DNA of 37,981 bases from Candidatus Woesearchaeota archaeon. Lineage in GTDB: Archaea; Nanobdellota; Nanobdellia; Woesearchaeales; UBA10216. The notes beneath the pieces are model-generated. The model ran no database searches and was not told where the DNA came from. It saw only the letters and a list, made by a program, of their open reading frames with translations. The stretch's first letter is position 1. Each line of letters starts with the position of its first letter. The stretch lies in assembly GCA_016180085.1 (NCBI GenBank), contig JACPBX010000035.1, forward strand, positions 1 through 37,981, written 5' to 3'. A program made the translations under genes and the position numbers. Positions 26,762 through 36,207 of the stretch are shown piece after piece.

Positions 26762-28611
26762 GCTTTCCTGACAACTGCCTCTGCCTTGTTTGGCCTCCAA
26801 AAAGCGGCTATCGCTGCAATTGCCGTGAACAACGAAATTATGGTGCCGAAGGCAAAGGGCCGCGAGGCGTATGAGAAAGCCACGGTTTTCCCCAAGTCAC
26901 CCTTGCGAATCAAGGCTGCAAGCATGCCGCGATGGGAGCCTGCTTCTCCTGATAAGCCGTTAAAGCTCCAGCCCTTGTAGTAGTTTTGGTTTATGACAAG
27001 GGTAAGCTCAGAAACATTACCAGCTGTCAGCGCCTCCTCAGCCTTTGGGATGCCTGAGAGGCGCAGCAGAATCCTCTGCGGCGTGAACTCGCTGAAGTTC
27101 AGCGATTCATTTGTCTCGAAGATATATGCGTTGCCAACAAAGCCAGGGTAAGGCTCTCCGTCGACAAACTGGGGCATGGCCCTAATCCTGAGGTGAAGGC
27201 GCTCATAGCAGTTCAGTGTTCCTATTCCCTGCAGCAGGTTGGGATACTGCGCAAGCTCCGGCACTGACGAGAGCATCTGGATGAACTCCGGGCTGCCCAG
27301 GTTCGTTGACTTGGTCTCAAGCGGCTGCAGCGGGAAGGCTGTGGAAAGGAGCGGCCTTGAAACAAGCAGGAGGTCGGCAGCCACAATGATGCACAACGCA
27401 GCAGCAACAGCCGCTTGGACTTTTCTGTTGCCGGGAATTTTAAGCGAGGAAAGCGCTTTCGCAGCCAGCAGGGCAACGAAAAACACAAAAACAATAACGA
27501 ACCTTGACGGGCCGTGCAGTGAGCTGAAGAACGGAAGCTCCCTCAGGAGCTGCCAGGGGGCAAAGGGCAGGTAAGTCCCAAGGGCAAGCAGCAGGAAAAA
27601 CGCTGCCGACAGAATGAGCTTCCAGTTCTTTCTGTAATTGACAATTGCAACTGCTGCCAGAAGAAGCGGAATAATGCCGAGGTATGCAGAGTATTCATGC
27701 CAGCCCCACGGGATCTTTCCAGCGAGCGTATCAAGGTATTTTTGCCTGCCCTCAGGGACAAGGTCACGGCCTGTATTGAGGTCATTCTGGGGAATTGCCT
27801 GGTCCCTTGACAGGAAGGAATTGAAAACAATCCCTGCGGATATAAGCTGGGTGTCTTTTTCTGCTGCCACGCCTGAAGTGAAGTCGATAACAGGCAGCAC
27901 CTTTATAGACGACAAAAGCAGGGCAAGCGCGAGAATTGCCGCAACGGCAGCTACGGGGAATATTTTTTTCATGGCTGCAGAGTCAAGCAGGGAATACAAA
28001 GCCAGCAGGGTAACTGCCGCATAAAACGGGTAAATCCCACCGGAAAGGAACGCAAGTGCCAGAACAACGGCAGAAGCAATAATCCAGCGTATCCTATGCT
28101 GAACCGTTGCCTGGGCGGAAACCGAGTTAAGGTAGAAAAGGAAAACAAGCGGCAGAAGCGCAAACGGGAAGAATGTGGTGTGACCAATAACCACCCTTAC
28201 GGCAAACCAGCTGCTGAACATGAAAACAACGGCTGCAAATGCCGAAGCAAGGCTGCTGCAGCCAAGTTTTCTTGCAACAAGGAAGGTTCCGCTGAGTCCT
28301 ATCGCGAGGTAAATGAACGCCTCAAGCTTCAGCCCTGAGACTGCCCCGAACAGCAGCACGAATACGAAAAACGGCGACAAAAAGGGGGACTGGGGATTGG
28401 CGAGGAGGACATTCCCGCCGCAATAGTAAGGCGTCCACAACGGGAACTGGTTAAAGGTAAGAAGCGAAACCCTTGCCGATTCGTGGTAAAATGAGTGCTG
28501 GTCCCAGTCGTAAAGCCCCCAGTTGCCCATGTTTGACAGGACTGGCTGGAGGAAGAGGAAGGCAGCCGCTAACGAAACGGCAACAGCAATAAATATGCCA
28601 GGCAGCCTCAT
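26734..28611 (-). CDS. Polytopic membrane protein, YfhO/GT-C-like
   Basis: YDWDQH, FPLWTPYYCGGNVLLANPQS, EYSAYLG, LHGPSRF, INQNYYKGW. Confidence 0.75.
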   Translation of the reverse strand: MRLPGIFIAVAVSLAAAFLFLQPVLSNMGNWGLYDWDQHSFYHESARVSLLTFNQFPLWTPYYCGGNVLLANPQSPFLSPFFVFVLLFGAVSGLKLEAFIYLAIGLSGTFLVARKLGCSSLASAFAAVVFMFSSWFAVRVVIGHTTFFPFALLPLVFLFYLNSVSAQATVQHRIRWIIASAVVLALAFLSGGIYPFYAAVTLLALYSLLDSAAMKKIFPVAAVAAILALALLLSSIKVLPVIDFTSGVAAEKDTQLISAGIVFNSFLSRDQAIPQNDLNTGRDLVPEGRQKYLDTLAGKIPWGWHEYSAYLGIIPLLLAAVAIVNYRKNWKLILSAAFFLLLALGTYLPFAPWQLLRELPFFSSLHGPSRFVIVFVFFVALLAAKALSSLKIPGNRKVQAAVAAALCIIVAADLLLVSRPLLSTAFPLQPLETKSTNLGSPEFIQMLSSVPELAQYPNLLQGIGTLNCYERLHLRIRAMPQFVDGEPYPGFVGNAYIFETNESLNFSEFTPQRILLRLSGIPKAEEALTAGNVSELTLVINQNYYKGWSFNGLSGEAGSHRGMLAALIRKGDLGKTVAFSYASRPFAFGTIISLFTAIAAIAAFWRPNKAEAVVRKAQSLVFRQS

Positions 28612-28673
28612 GCCTTAATGTTCTGCCTGGCCGTATAAAAAGTTTACCACAGGGTTCACAAGATTCGCTTTGT

Positions 28674-30158
28674 TCACCGACGAGACAGAAGGAAAGCGCA
28701 GTGGCTGCCACTGCAAAACTCCTTAACAACGGCATAAAGACGCAACTCTTCCCTGTTGCCATCGAAAACTACTGTGCTGCTGTGATTTGCAGCTTCCAAA
28801 TCCGCAACAGAGTAATATGCGCTCATCTTTTTCCCGGAGTAGTAAGCGACAGGAGGGCAGTTGCCCATACAGCCAAATTCGGCAACTTCGCTGCTTCTAA
28901 GGGATAATCCCGTGTCTTTTGCTGCAAACCGCAGGCCGTCTTCGAACATGACTGAAGGAGTGTATGCCCTGGGCAGCTGCGGGTAAAGCTGGAAGTGGAT
29001 TGAAAGGATAACTGCAACAGCCAGGATTATTGCGATGGGCAGCCTTTGCCGGAAAAGCTCCGGAAGCCGCACAATGCCATGGCCAATAAACGGCATTGCA
29101 AAGAGCAGGAACAAAAGCATGAACCGCTCAGCCTCCCACTCCATGCCAAATGGCTTTGCGACTCCCCTGCCAATTATGAAAAAGGAGTAGGCCATGGTTA
29201 CAGAGAGGCAGTATAACGTGTAAAGCTTGTAGGGCTGATAACTCCAATCAGTCCACTTATGTTTCCGCAGTTTCCAGTGCGATTGCGATAGCAGCTTTGC
29301 CAGTGAAAAAATGCTGAATGCCGCGCCCAAGGCGAGAAAAGCCAGGAGAATGGCGCCAAGGGCGTCTTTCAGCAGGTAAAGGAAAAAGCCAAAGCCCGCA
29401 GCTTCCTGCTCAGCAACGACGTGAAAAGCCCTGCCGAAGGTGTAGAAAGGGCTTCCGAAGCTTAGCGCGCTGTAAATGAGGTAAGGAGCCACAACTGCTG
29501 CGGCTGCAGCAATGCTCACTGCAATTTCCGGAAGCCTTTTCCTCAAGTTAGCAAGGAAGAGCGGCAGCAGCAGGACAAGAAGCAGCAGGTTGGTGAACTT
29601 CATCAGAACAGCCAACCCTGTTAATACGCCGCCAACGTAGATCAGTGATTTCTTCTGCTGTTGCAGCCCCATAGCATATGCCGTAACAGCTGAAAAGGCC
29701 AGCAGAGCGCCCAGAGCGTCAGTCATCACCCAGCGGCTGTTGAGGATGTGCACAGGAAGGACAGCAGCTACTACGGCTGCGACTACGGCTGAACGCTGGT
29801 TAAAAATGGCTTTAGTGATATGATAAACCGGGAAAACAACGAGAGAATTCAGCAAAGCAAGGAAAAGCCTTGAAGCAAGCTCATAGGATTCCAGCCTCGC
29901 GAAGGGGGAAAGCAGCAACGGCAGCAGCGGAGGCCTGAGAAAGGTTTCAGAATACCCTGCGCCCTGGCCTGCGATGAGCTTGCCGTGGAGCAGGTAAACA
30001 GACTCGTCCCAGAAGAAGTATGAAGTATCTGGAAAAATGGCTCTTAGAGCAAAAGCCAGCAGAAACAAGGCAAATAGCACTAGCAGCGGCCGTGACTTGA
30101 CTATTGTAACTACTGATTTTATCGCTGCTGGAACAATCGTTGTATGGCTCTGCCTCAT
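28674..30158 (-). CDS. Polytopic membrane glycosyltransferase, GT39/ArnT-like
   Basis: FFWDESVYLLHG, LRPPLLP, SRWVMTDALG, LAVLMKFT, ERFML. Confidence 0.8.
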   Translation of the reverse strand: MRQSHTTIVPAAIKSVVTIVKSRPLLVLFALFLLAFALRAIFPDTSYFFWDESVYLLHGKLIAGQGAGYSETFLRPPLLPLLLSPFARLESYELASRLFLALLNSLVVFPVYHITKAIFNQRSAVVAAVVAAVLPVHILNSRWVMTDALGALLAFSAVTAYAMGLQQQKKSLIYVGGVLTGLAVLMKFTNLLLLVLLLPLFLANLRKRLPEIAVSIAAAAAVVAPYLIYSALSFGSPFYTFGRAFHVVAEQEAAGFGFFLYLLKDALGAILLAFLALGAAFSIFSLAKLLSQSHWKLRKHKWTDWSYQPYKLYTLYCLSVTMAYSFFIIGRGVAKPFGMEWEAERFMLLFLLFAMPFIGHGIVRLPELFRQRLPIAIILAVAVILSIHFQLYPQLPRAYTPSVMFEDGLRFAAKDTGLSLRSSEVAEFGCMGNCPPVAYYSGKKMSAYYSVADLEAANHSSTVVFDGNREELRLYAVVKEFCSGSHCAFLLSRR

Positions 30159-30211
30159 CAGGAATAAGAAATGAAAATAAGAAAAAGAAAAAAGGGCTTA
30201 AGCTTTTTTGC

Positions 30212-32935
30212 TTAAGCTGTTGTTACGTTTGCTGCAGGTGCCGCTTCAACTACCGGAGCAACTACCTTCGGTGCTGGCGCACTCACTGTTATGTCAGTGA
30301 AGCTTGTTCCTGCAACCTCAACCTCCATGCCCTTCAGGACGCCCTTCTCCTGCCACTTTGCGTAGTCAGCAAGCACTCTGGCTGCCCTTCTGGTGTCCAT
30401 GGCGGATGCGCCTGCTACAAGCAGCGCGACCTTGCCACTGGCCTGCTCAACGAGCTTAACCATTGCCTTGCCTTCGCTAAAGCCTTCTGCACAGTTTGCA
30501 GGGTTGCCCATCAAAGTGGCAGCTGCTGCGTTGGCACATGGACCGCCAACAACGATGGCGTTCTGCGCTGTTACGTCAGCAACCTCTGAAGCAAGCTTGG
30601 CAGAGCCAACCTCGATTGGGTTTGTCTCGTAGTAGACAATCTGGCCTGCCTCTGTGGCAGCGGTTGTTGTTACCTCAGCCCCAGGTGCCGTAACCACAAC
30701 GATTGGCAGCCTCTGTGCATTGCTCGGGTAGTCAATCACCAGAGAGTCTGGGTCGTTGCTGACTGTCTTCCAGTCGATAAACGCGCCCAGGCTTGTGTAG
30801 GCCTGCCTCAGGTTGGTATCAACACTTGGCGTCACATATTTTATGTTGGACGTTGCTGTCTGCTCAGCTATGTCAACCTTTGTGCTTGCCACTGAGACGT
30901 TGAACTCAATGTTCGAAGGCACAATGTTGTCATAGTCGTCAGCGTCCAAGGTCTGCACTGAAAAGATGATGCTACCCGCATTGACTCCGCTGTCAACAGT
31001 GTTGGTGAGTGACGCATTAGCTGTGTAGTTCAGCGGATGGAACGCCAGTGAAATCTGGGCACCGCCCTTAGTCGTTACGTTTATGATGTTGCGGTTGTCA
31101 CCAGTGAGCACGTTATCTCCTGTACCTACGGATTCGAGAGTAGCGTCGCCATCAAGGTCCATCCGGAAGTTGAAGTTGCTGCTGGCGTCTCCAGAGCTGT
31201 TCCATAGCTTGAACGTTCCTCCGCCGAGCTTCAGCGTTGCGTCTTCTGTGCCAACACCAGGCTCACCGGTTTGGGCCTTGTAGTCAACCTCTACCTTGCC
31301 GCCTGAACCCAAGTCCTGGAACTCTATCTTCGGGCTTGTCTCAGATGAGGCAAGGGCGCTGATGTATCTAAGGCCGAAAGTCCTGCGCTCGCCCTGCTTC
31401 TGCGTGCTGTCAGTTATGACGAAGTAGTCGTTCTTCGTTACGCTTTGGTTCTCTATGAGAACAGTGTCGTCGTCGCTGTCACCCAGCTTCAGCCCTGTGC
31501 TTGCTGAGGCATAAGCTACAGGCAACCTGACGTTGTTGCCTGCACCGTCAGCGAACTCCAGATAGTACTGTGTAGAGCCTGACGGGGATAGCTTAATCTT
31601 TTCAGATGCCACAGGCTCCAACCCGGAGTATTCGATGTCCCAGCTGTTGAGCAATGCCTGAGGCCTCCTCAACTGCTTGCTGAGCTTTCCGCCTGCTGGT
31701 ATGTACTCGTCCTCATTGGCTGTTACGTTGACATTCAACGATGTCCACGTGTACGAGTTGCTGGTGTTTGTACCGGAAATTGATATCTTGGTGCCGGTTA
31801 TTGTTTCTGTCCCGACTTCAAGCGTTTGCTCACCGCCTGCGCCTGACTGGACACTGTTGGTGTCTCTTGCCCTGACCTTGTCAGCGCCCAGATAGAACTC
31901 TGTCTTCCTGACACCGCCGGCGAATTCCTGGGAAATTATGTCCCTTACGCCAACCTGCGTGCCGTCCTTGAGAGTCTGGGTGTTGCCTTCCTGCAAGGAG
32001 TCAGTTACCTCGCCGTTGACAGTGAACTTCGTGGTTGTTGAGCCAACGAAATCCAGAGTGACCTCATAGTCCTTCCCGCCAACAGTGTAGGTCTTTGTGT
32101 CGCCCTCACTGAGAACGTCCTTTACAGCGCCTCCCATCAGGGTAAGGTCAACCTCAAAATGGTTGGTGCTGTCTGTCCTTGCCTTAACGATGGACCAGTC
32201 CTTCCCGAGCAGGTTTATGCTCTTGCCCTCGAAGTTCCACAGGTATGTTCCTGTTGTGGAGATTGAGCCTGAGCTGTCAGTAATATCTGACTTGGCAGAC
32301 TCTGTAAACTCAAGCGCATACCTTGCAATAACGTTGCTAGATGCACCGTCTATAAACAGGAAATCTCCTGCCTTGCTGGTGTCAGGGTCTTCTGCATACA
32401 CCACAGACAGCATTATGCCCGGGTTTGTCTTTGCCGGGTTTGAGTCAAAGTATATGTACTGCCTGTAGTCGTAGTCGCCCTGCGTGTTTGAGAATGTGCC
32501 GTCCTTCAAAAGGGTTGGCAGCTCATCGTCGCTGATAAAGGTTGTTATGTTCCTGATGTTTTCCTGCCTGGTGCTTGCTGTGCCGGCATCCAGAGTTTCG
32601 GAAAGCTCAAGCTTCTTTGCACCGAGCTGGACCCTCCAAGCGTCAGCGCCTCCAATGCTTACCTGGCCGCCGCCTGCCGACTGGGTAGTCTTCTTTACCC
32701 TTGAGGCGAACTGCAGGCTTGTTGCGACGTCAACAGAGCCGATAACGTCTGAAGAAGCTGCGCTGTCACCAACTACGAGAACAGCGTTAAACTTCCCATC
32801 CTTTACAAAAGGGTCAGGGTAGTTCTTAAGGTCAGCAGCTGCTGAGGCGCTCAAAATCGTGGCACCCACCATGACTGCACCTGTGCCTAAAGCTAACATC
32901 TTACTTATTGTCTTGCGCAACTTCACTCTCAACAC
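30212..32935 (-). CDS. S-layer protein; likely start GTG 32926
   Basis: Signal peptide, then ADLKNYPDPFVKDG...VLVVGDSAASSDVIGSVDVA and C-terminal NAIVVGGPCANAAA...LLVAGASAMDTRRAA. Many NxS/T sequons. Strong TATA at 33034-33041. Confidence 0.9.
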   Translation of the reverse strand: MLRVKLRKTISKMLALGTGAVMVGATILSASAAADLKNYPDPFVKDGKFNAVLVVGDSAASSDVIGSVDVATSLQFASRVKKTTQSAGGGQVSIGGADAWRVQLGAKKLELSETLDAGTASTRQENIRNITTFISDDELPTLLKDGTFSNTQGDYDYRQYIYFDSNPAKTNPGIMLSVVYAEDPDTSKAGDFLFIDGASSNVIARYALEFTESAKSDITDSSGSISTTGTYLWNFEGKSINLLGKDWSIVKARTDSTNHFEVDLTLMGGAVKDVLSEGDTKTYTVGGKDYEVTLDFVGSTTTKFTVNGEVTDSLQEGNTQTLKDGTQVGVRDIISQEFAGGVRKTEFYLGADKVRARDTNSVQSGAGGEQTLEVGTETITGTKISISGTNTSNSYTWTSLNVNVTANEDEYIPAGGKLSKQLRRPQALLNSWDIEYSGLEPVASEKIKLSPSGSTQYYLEFADGAGNNVRLPVAYASASTGLKLGDSDDDTVLIENQSVTKNDYFVITDSTQKQGERRTFGLRYISALASSETSPKIEFQDLGSGGKVEVDYKAQTGEPGVGTEDATLKLGGGTFKLWNSSGDASSNFNFRMDLDGDATLESVGTGDNVLTGDNRNIINVTTKGGAQISLAFHPLNYTANASLTNTVDSGVNAGSIIFSVQTLDADDYDNIVPSNIEFNVSVASTKVDIAEQTATSNIKYVTPSVDTNLRQAYTSLGAFIDWKTVSNDPDSLVIDYPSNAQRLPIVVVTAPGAEVTTTAATEAGQIVYYETNPIEVGSAKLASEVADVTAQNAIVVGGPCANAAAATLMGNPANCAEGFSEGKAMVKLVEQASGKVALLVAGASAMDTRRAARVLADYAKWQEKGVLKGMEVEVAGTSFTDITVSAPAPKVVAPVVEAAPAANVTTA

Positions 32936-33528
32936 CTCCGTGTTAAATCCTTTTTATCTATCATGATTTACGAGCAGCTTTTTGCTTTTCACAGCCCTTT
33001 TACTGCGTCGTACAAGCCAAAAATTACAGGGTATATATAAAGCTTTTGATTGGCGTCGTTAAAGCGTTTTTAGCTTCTGATTGCCTCACATAAGCAACGC
33101 ACATATAATATTGTTATCGCCCACCTGTCTTTTTGGACTTGCTTGCTTCTTTCTGCTTATTAATAGTTGCAGACCAGCCAGATAACCTGAGAGACAGCAC
33201 TGCATACCTCGCAATACTGCTACGCTGGCAAGCCAGCTACTAAGCAGCTATAGGGACACAGCTACTTTATAAAGTTTTCGGAACTACAGGATATATTTGC
33301 GTCGAAAAATAGCCAAAAACGTATATAGGAGTAGGTATTTGTAAAGGTTGGCAAACTCCTAGTAGATTCTGCTGATAGCATAAGCTGAGGCAAAAAGCCC
33401 GGCAATGACAACTTTTTTATAATAGGATAAGCCAACACTGGCAGGAGCAACTGCTGAAAAGCTTAAGGCAGAAGCTACCGCAAGACTATGGCACGGAAAC
33501 CGTGATAAGATTTATCGACGGAAAAATC

Positions 33529-33630
33529 GCGGGGATGCCGCAGCGGCCAACCGGGGCAGGCTTAGGACCTGCTGGCTTAGTGCCTTCGGCGGTTCGAATC
33601 CGTTCGGCGGTTCGAATCCGCCTCCCCGCA
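33529..33630 (+). tRNA. tRNA-Leu(TAG) with an 18-nt tandem duplication in the T-arm
   Basis: GCGGGGA/TCCCCGC+A; GCAGG-CTTAGGA-CCTGC; V-arm; TTCGGCGGTTCGAATCCG occurs twice (33585-33602 and 33603-33620). Confidence 0.92.
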
Positions 33631-33696
33631 CTCAACCTTTTTGCGAAAAAGGTTGATCAAAAAACGACTGTAACGGAAGGCAGGAGCGAAAAGAAT

Positions 33697-33737
33697 TTAT
33701 AGTAGTAATTACTAATAATTCCTAGTAAGATTAGGAA
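33697..33737 (+). promoter_or_regulatory. TATA and palindromic operators of the second AbrB/VapC operon
   Basis: TAGTAATTACTA palindrome at 33703-33714; TTCCTA/TAGGAA inverted repeat at 33719-33737. Confidence 0.5.
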
Positions 33738-33796
33738 ATTGTTCATTAACTCAAGTTTGGCTTGAGCTTAGATTGGGTAAAGGAGAGGCAGGAGGA

Positions 33797-34051
33797 ATGG
33801 CTGTTTCAAGGGTGACAAGGAACTATCAGGTTACGGTGCCAAGGGAGATAAGGGAGCTCACTGGCGTCAAAGTGGGCGATATGCTGCTTTTTGCCAGGGA
33901 AGGCGAGGACGTTGTGCTCAGGAAAATAGACAAGGACCTGCTGGCAAGCGGCTTCGGGCTCTGGAAGAAAGCGAAAGAGAAAACACCCTGGCTGGTTACA
34001 AAGCTCCTAAGAGGCGAGGCGGAAAAGCGGCTAAACAGGCTTAAGGCATAA
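33797..34051 (+). CDS. AbrB/MazE/SpoVT-family antitoxin
   Basis: SRVTRNYQVTVPREIRELTGVKVGDML; GGAGG RBS. Confidence 0.9.
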   Translation: MAVSRVTRNYQVTVPREIRELTGVKVGDMLLFAREGEDVVLRKIDKDLLASGFGLWKKAKEKTPWLVTKLLRGEAEKRLNRLKA

Positions 34052-34106
34052 GTGGCATGGGTGGGTAAATAAGGCAAGGTAATGCACAAAGCAGGGCAGA
34101 CTTAAC

Positions 34107-34487
34107 ATGACAAAAAAGCTCCTTATCGATACTGACGTGTTTGTTGACTACCTCATGGGAGAGCCCAAGGCGAAGGAGTTTTTTGAGCAGCTGCCGGAAG
34201 GCACCTTCCACTATTCCGCACTGGCCAAGCTTGAGCTTTTATCATCGAAGGCGTGCGATGAGCCATCAATAAGGAACTCAACATCCGCCATGCTTTCGCT
34301 TGGGAAAAGGATTGAGATTGATGACACCATAGTCAATCTCGCTGCCGAGACGAAAAGGCAGCACGGCCTTTCCGTGTCTGACTCGATAATGGCCGCAACA
34401 GCGCTGCACCTTAAGGCGGAGCTTGTCACGAGGAATATTGGCGAGTTCAAGAAAATCAAGGAACTGCTTCTGATGAAGCCGTATTAA
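34107..34487 (+). CDS. vapC: PIN-domain VapC toxin
   Basis: LLIDTDVFVDYL, ELLS, DSIMAATA, LVTRNIGEF. Confidence 0.9.
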   Translation: MTKKLLIDTDVFVDYLMGEPKAKEFFEQLPEGTFHYSALAKLELLSSKACDEPSIRNSTSAMLSLGKRIEIDDTIVNLAAETKRQHGLSVSDSIMAATALHLKAELVTRNIGEFKKIKELLLMKPY

Positions 34488-34706
34488 AAGCCTAAAAGCC
34501 GCATTAAATAAGACTGCATGCGTTGCACTACCATCTTCCTGAACTCGCGGGGTGGAAGATTTCTAGCCTGAGCTTCCTGATTAACCTGGTAAAGCCAATC
34601 AGATTATAAGGAGGAAAAGTTGAAAAAAAGCTGCAACATCGCCAAAGGCAGTCACACTTCTGGCAACACAATCTTTTTAAATGGGCATCTTTTCCGAACT
34701 TTGAAC

Positions 34707-35207
34707 ATGGCAGACGCAAAGCTCGAGGAGACAAAGCCGGTTGAGGCGGAAAAAAAGGATAGCAAGCAGGCTATGGTTACAGCACTTTCGGTTGACGCCA
34801 ACCAGTTTATAGAGGAGCTTGCCAGGGAGCTGCAAAAAGTCAGGGATGTGAAGCCGCCAGCCTGGGCAGACTTTGTAAAGACAGGAACCTACAAGGAAAG
34901 GCCTCCCCACAGAAAGGACTGGTGGCACGTCAGGACAGCAGCAGTCTTAAGGACAGTAGCCAGGCTTGGGCCCATTGGCACTGCAAAGCTGAGAACAAGG
35001 TTTGGCGGAAAGCACAGCCGCGGCTACAAGTCAGAAAGGTTCGCAAAAGGCTCAGGAAGCATACTGAGGAAGGCCCTGCAGCAGCTTGAGAAGGCAGGCC
35101 TGATAAAGCAGGCAGTCAAGGGCGTCCATAAGGGCAGGGTAATCACGCAAAAGGCAGCATCAATGATGGACGTGATAGCGCTCAAAGTCAACAAGCTTCA
35201 AAAATAA
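34707..35207 (+). CDS. rps19e: 30S ribosomal protein S19e
   Basis: PPAWADFVKTG...ERPP...WWHVRTAAVLR...GSGSILRKALQQLEKAGL. Confidence 0.96.
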   Translation: MADAKLEETKPVEAEKKDSKQAMVTALSVDANQFIEELARELQKVRDVKPPAWADFVKTGTYKERPPHRKDWWHVRTAAVLRTVARLGPIGTAKLRTRFGGKHSRGYKSERFAKGSGSILRKALQQLEKAGLIKQAVKGVHKGRVITQKAASMMDVIALKVNKLQK

Positions 35208-35235
35208 GTATCAAGAGCAAGTATCGGGAATCAAA

Positions 35236-35598
35236 ATGGACAGCGAGCTTGAAGAGCTTAAGAAGAGGAAGCTTGACCAGCTCAGGCAAACCTACTCCGA
35301 ACAGGCGCAGAGGCAGGCGCTTGAGCAGCAGCAGGCCGAGGCAGAAGCTGCCCGGCAGCTGGAAGCTCTTGAAGATGCTGTGAAAGCCCACCTGACGAAG
35401 GAAGCGCTGCAAAGGTATGGCACATTAAAGCTTGCCCATCCCGAGACCGCAACACGGCTGCTTATCGCGATTGCCCAGGCACTGGAAACAGGAAGGCTAA
35501 AAGGAATGCTCAGCGAGGAGCAGCTTGTAAACGCGCTTCAGCGGCTGTCGCAATTATCGCAAAAAGGCAAAAAGGAAATCAGGATAATAAGGAAATAA
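35236..35598 (+). CDS. PDCD5-like DNA-binding protein
   Basis: ELEELKKRKLDQL...LTKEALQRYGTLKLAHPE...EIRIIRK; canonical position after S19e. Confidence 0.88.
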   Translation: MDSELEELKKRKLDQLRQTYSEQAQRQALEQQQAEAEAARQLEALEDAVKAHLTKEALQRYGTLKLAHPETATRLLIAIAQALETGRLKGMLSEEQLVNALQRLSQLSQKGKKEIRIIRK

Positions 35599-35600
35599 AC

Positions 35601-35774
35601 ATGGCACGTTACAAACATCCAAGCAGGAAACAAAGGCTCGCAAAGAAGGGCGACCAGACAAAGTGGGCTCCTTTCTGGACAGTGCCAAAGATATACGGCA
35701 AAGGCCGGAGAATCCACCCAGGCAGGCACACTACAGTAAAGAGGCACTGGAGAAGAAACAAGCTGAAGGCTTAA
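35601..35774 (+). CDS. rpl39e: 50S ribosomal protein L39e
   Basis: Hand translation MARYKHPSRKQRLAKK...WAPFW...IHP...KRHWRRNKLKA*; below the ORF-track cutoff. Confidence 0.9.
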   Translation: MARYKHPSRKQRLAKKGDQTKWAPFWTVPKIYGKGRRIHPGRHTTVKRHWRRNKLKA

Positions 35775-35797
35775 AACCGGATTTAACGTGAACAAAA

Positions 35798-36122
35798 ATG
35801 GCAACTGTTGAAAGAACACTCACGATAAACGTCAGGCATGCCGTGATAAAAGTTCCGGCGTACAGGCGGGCCAAGAAGGCAGTCACTGCAGTGAGGGAGT
35901 TCCTACAGCAGCACATGAAATCAGACAACATCAAGATTGGGAAATACCTCAACCTGAAGCTTTGGGAGCACGGCATAAAGAACCCTGCCATGAGGGTAGC
36001 AAAAGAAAGCTGCTGCCAAAAAAGAAGAGAAAGGCACAAAACCCGCAGCAACCGAAACTGCCCCTGCATCAGCGGCATCAGATACTGCAGCAATCAGCGC
36101 AGCGAAAACACCTGAAAAATAA
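35798..36122 (+). CDS. rpl31e: 50S ribosomal protein L31e; frame disruption near 36000
   Basis: ERTLTINVR...YRRAKKAV...LNLKLWEHGIKNP. After AMRV the natural-looking tail QKKAAAKKEEKG...TPEK* lies in another frame (36000-36122). Confidence 0.85.
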
Positions 36123-36207
36123 TTTCTGAATAACTAGATTTCTTAGAAACCTTTTTATTTCTAATTAATGAGCCTTGTGAGGTTAAAAAGAGAAAAAGGA
36201 GGTAAAG

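Noticed and set aside
33050-33500. Gene or pseudogene in the long gap between the S-layer gene and tRNA-Leu
   Set aside because: Only short ORFs without RBS or motifs; nothing supportable.
34532-34610. tRNA-like fragment (CGCGGGGTGG... and a CCTGGTAAAG loop)
   Set aside because: Two hairpins but no T-arm, no acceptor partner and no homology to families A or B; may be a terminator or chance.
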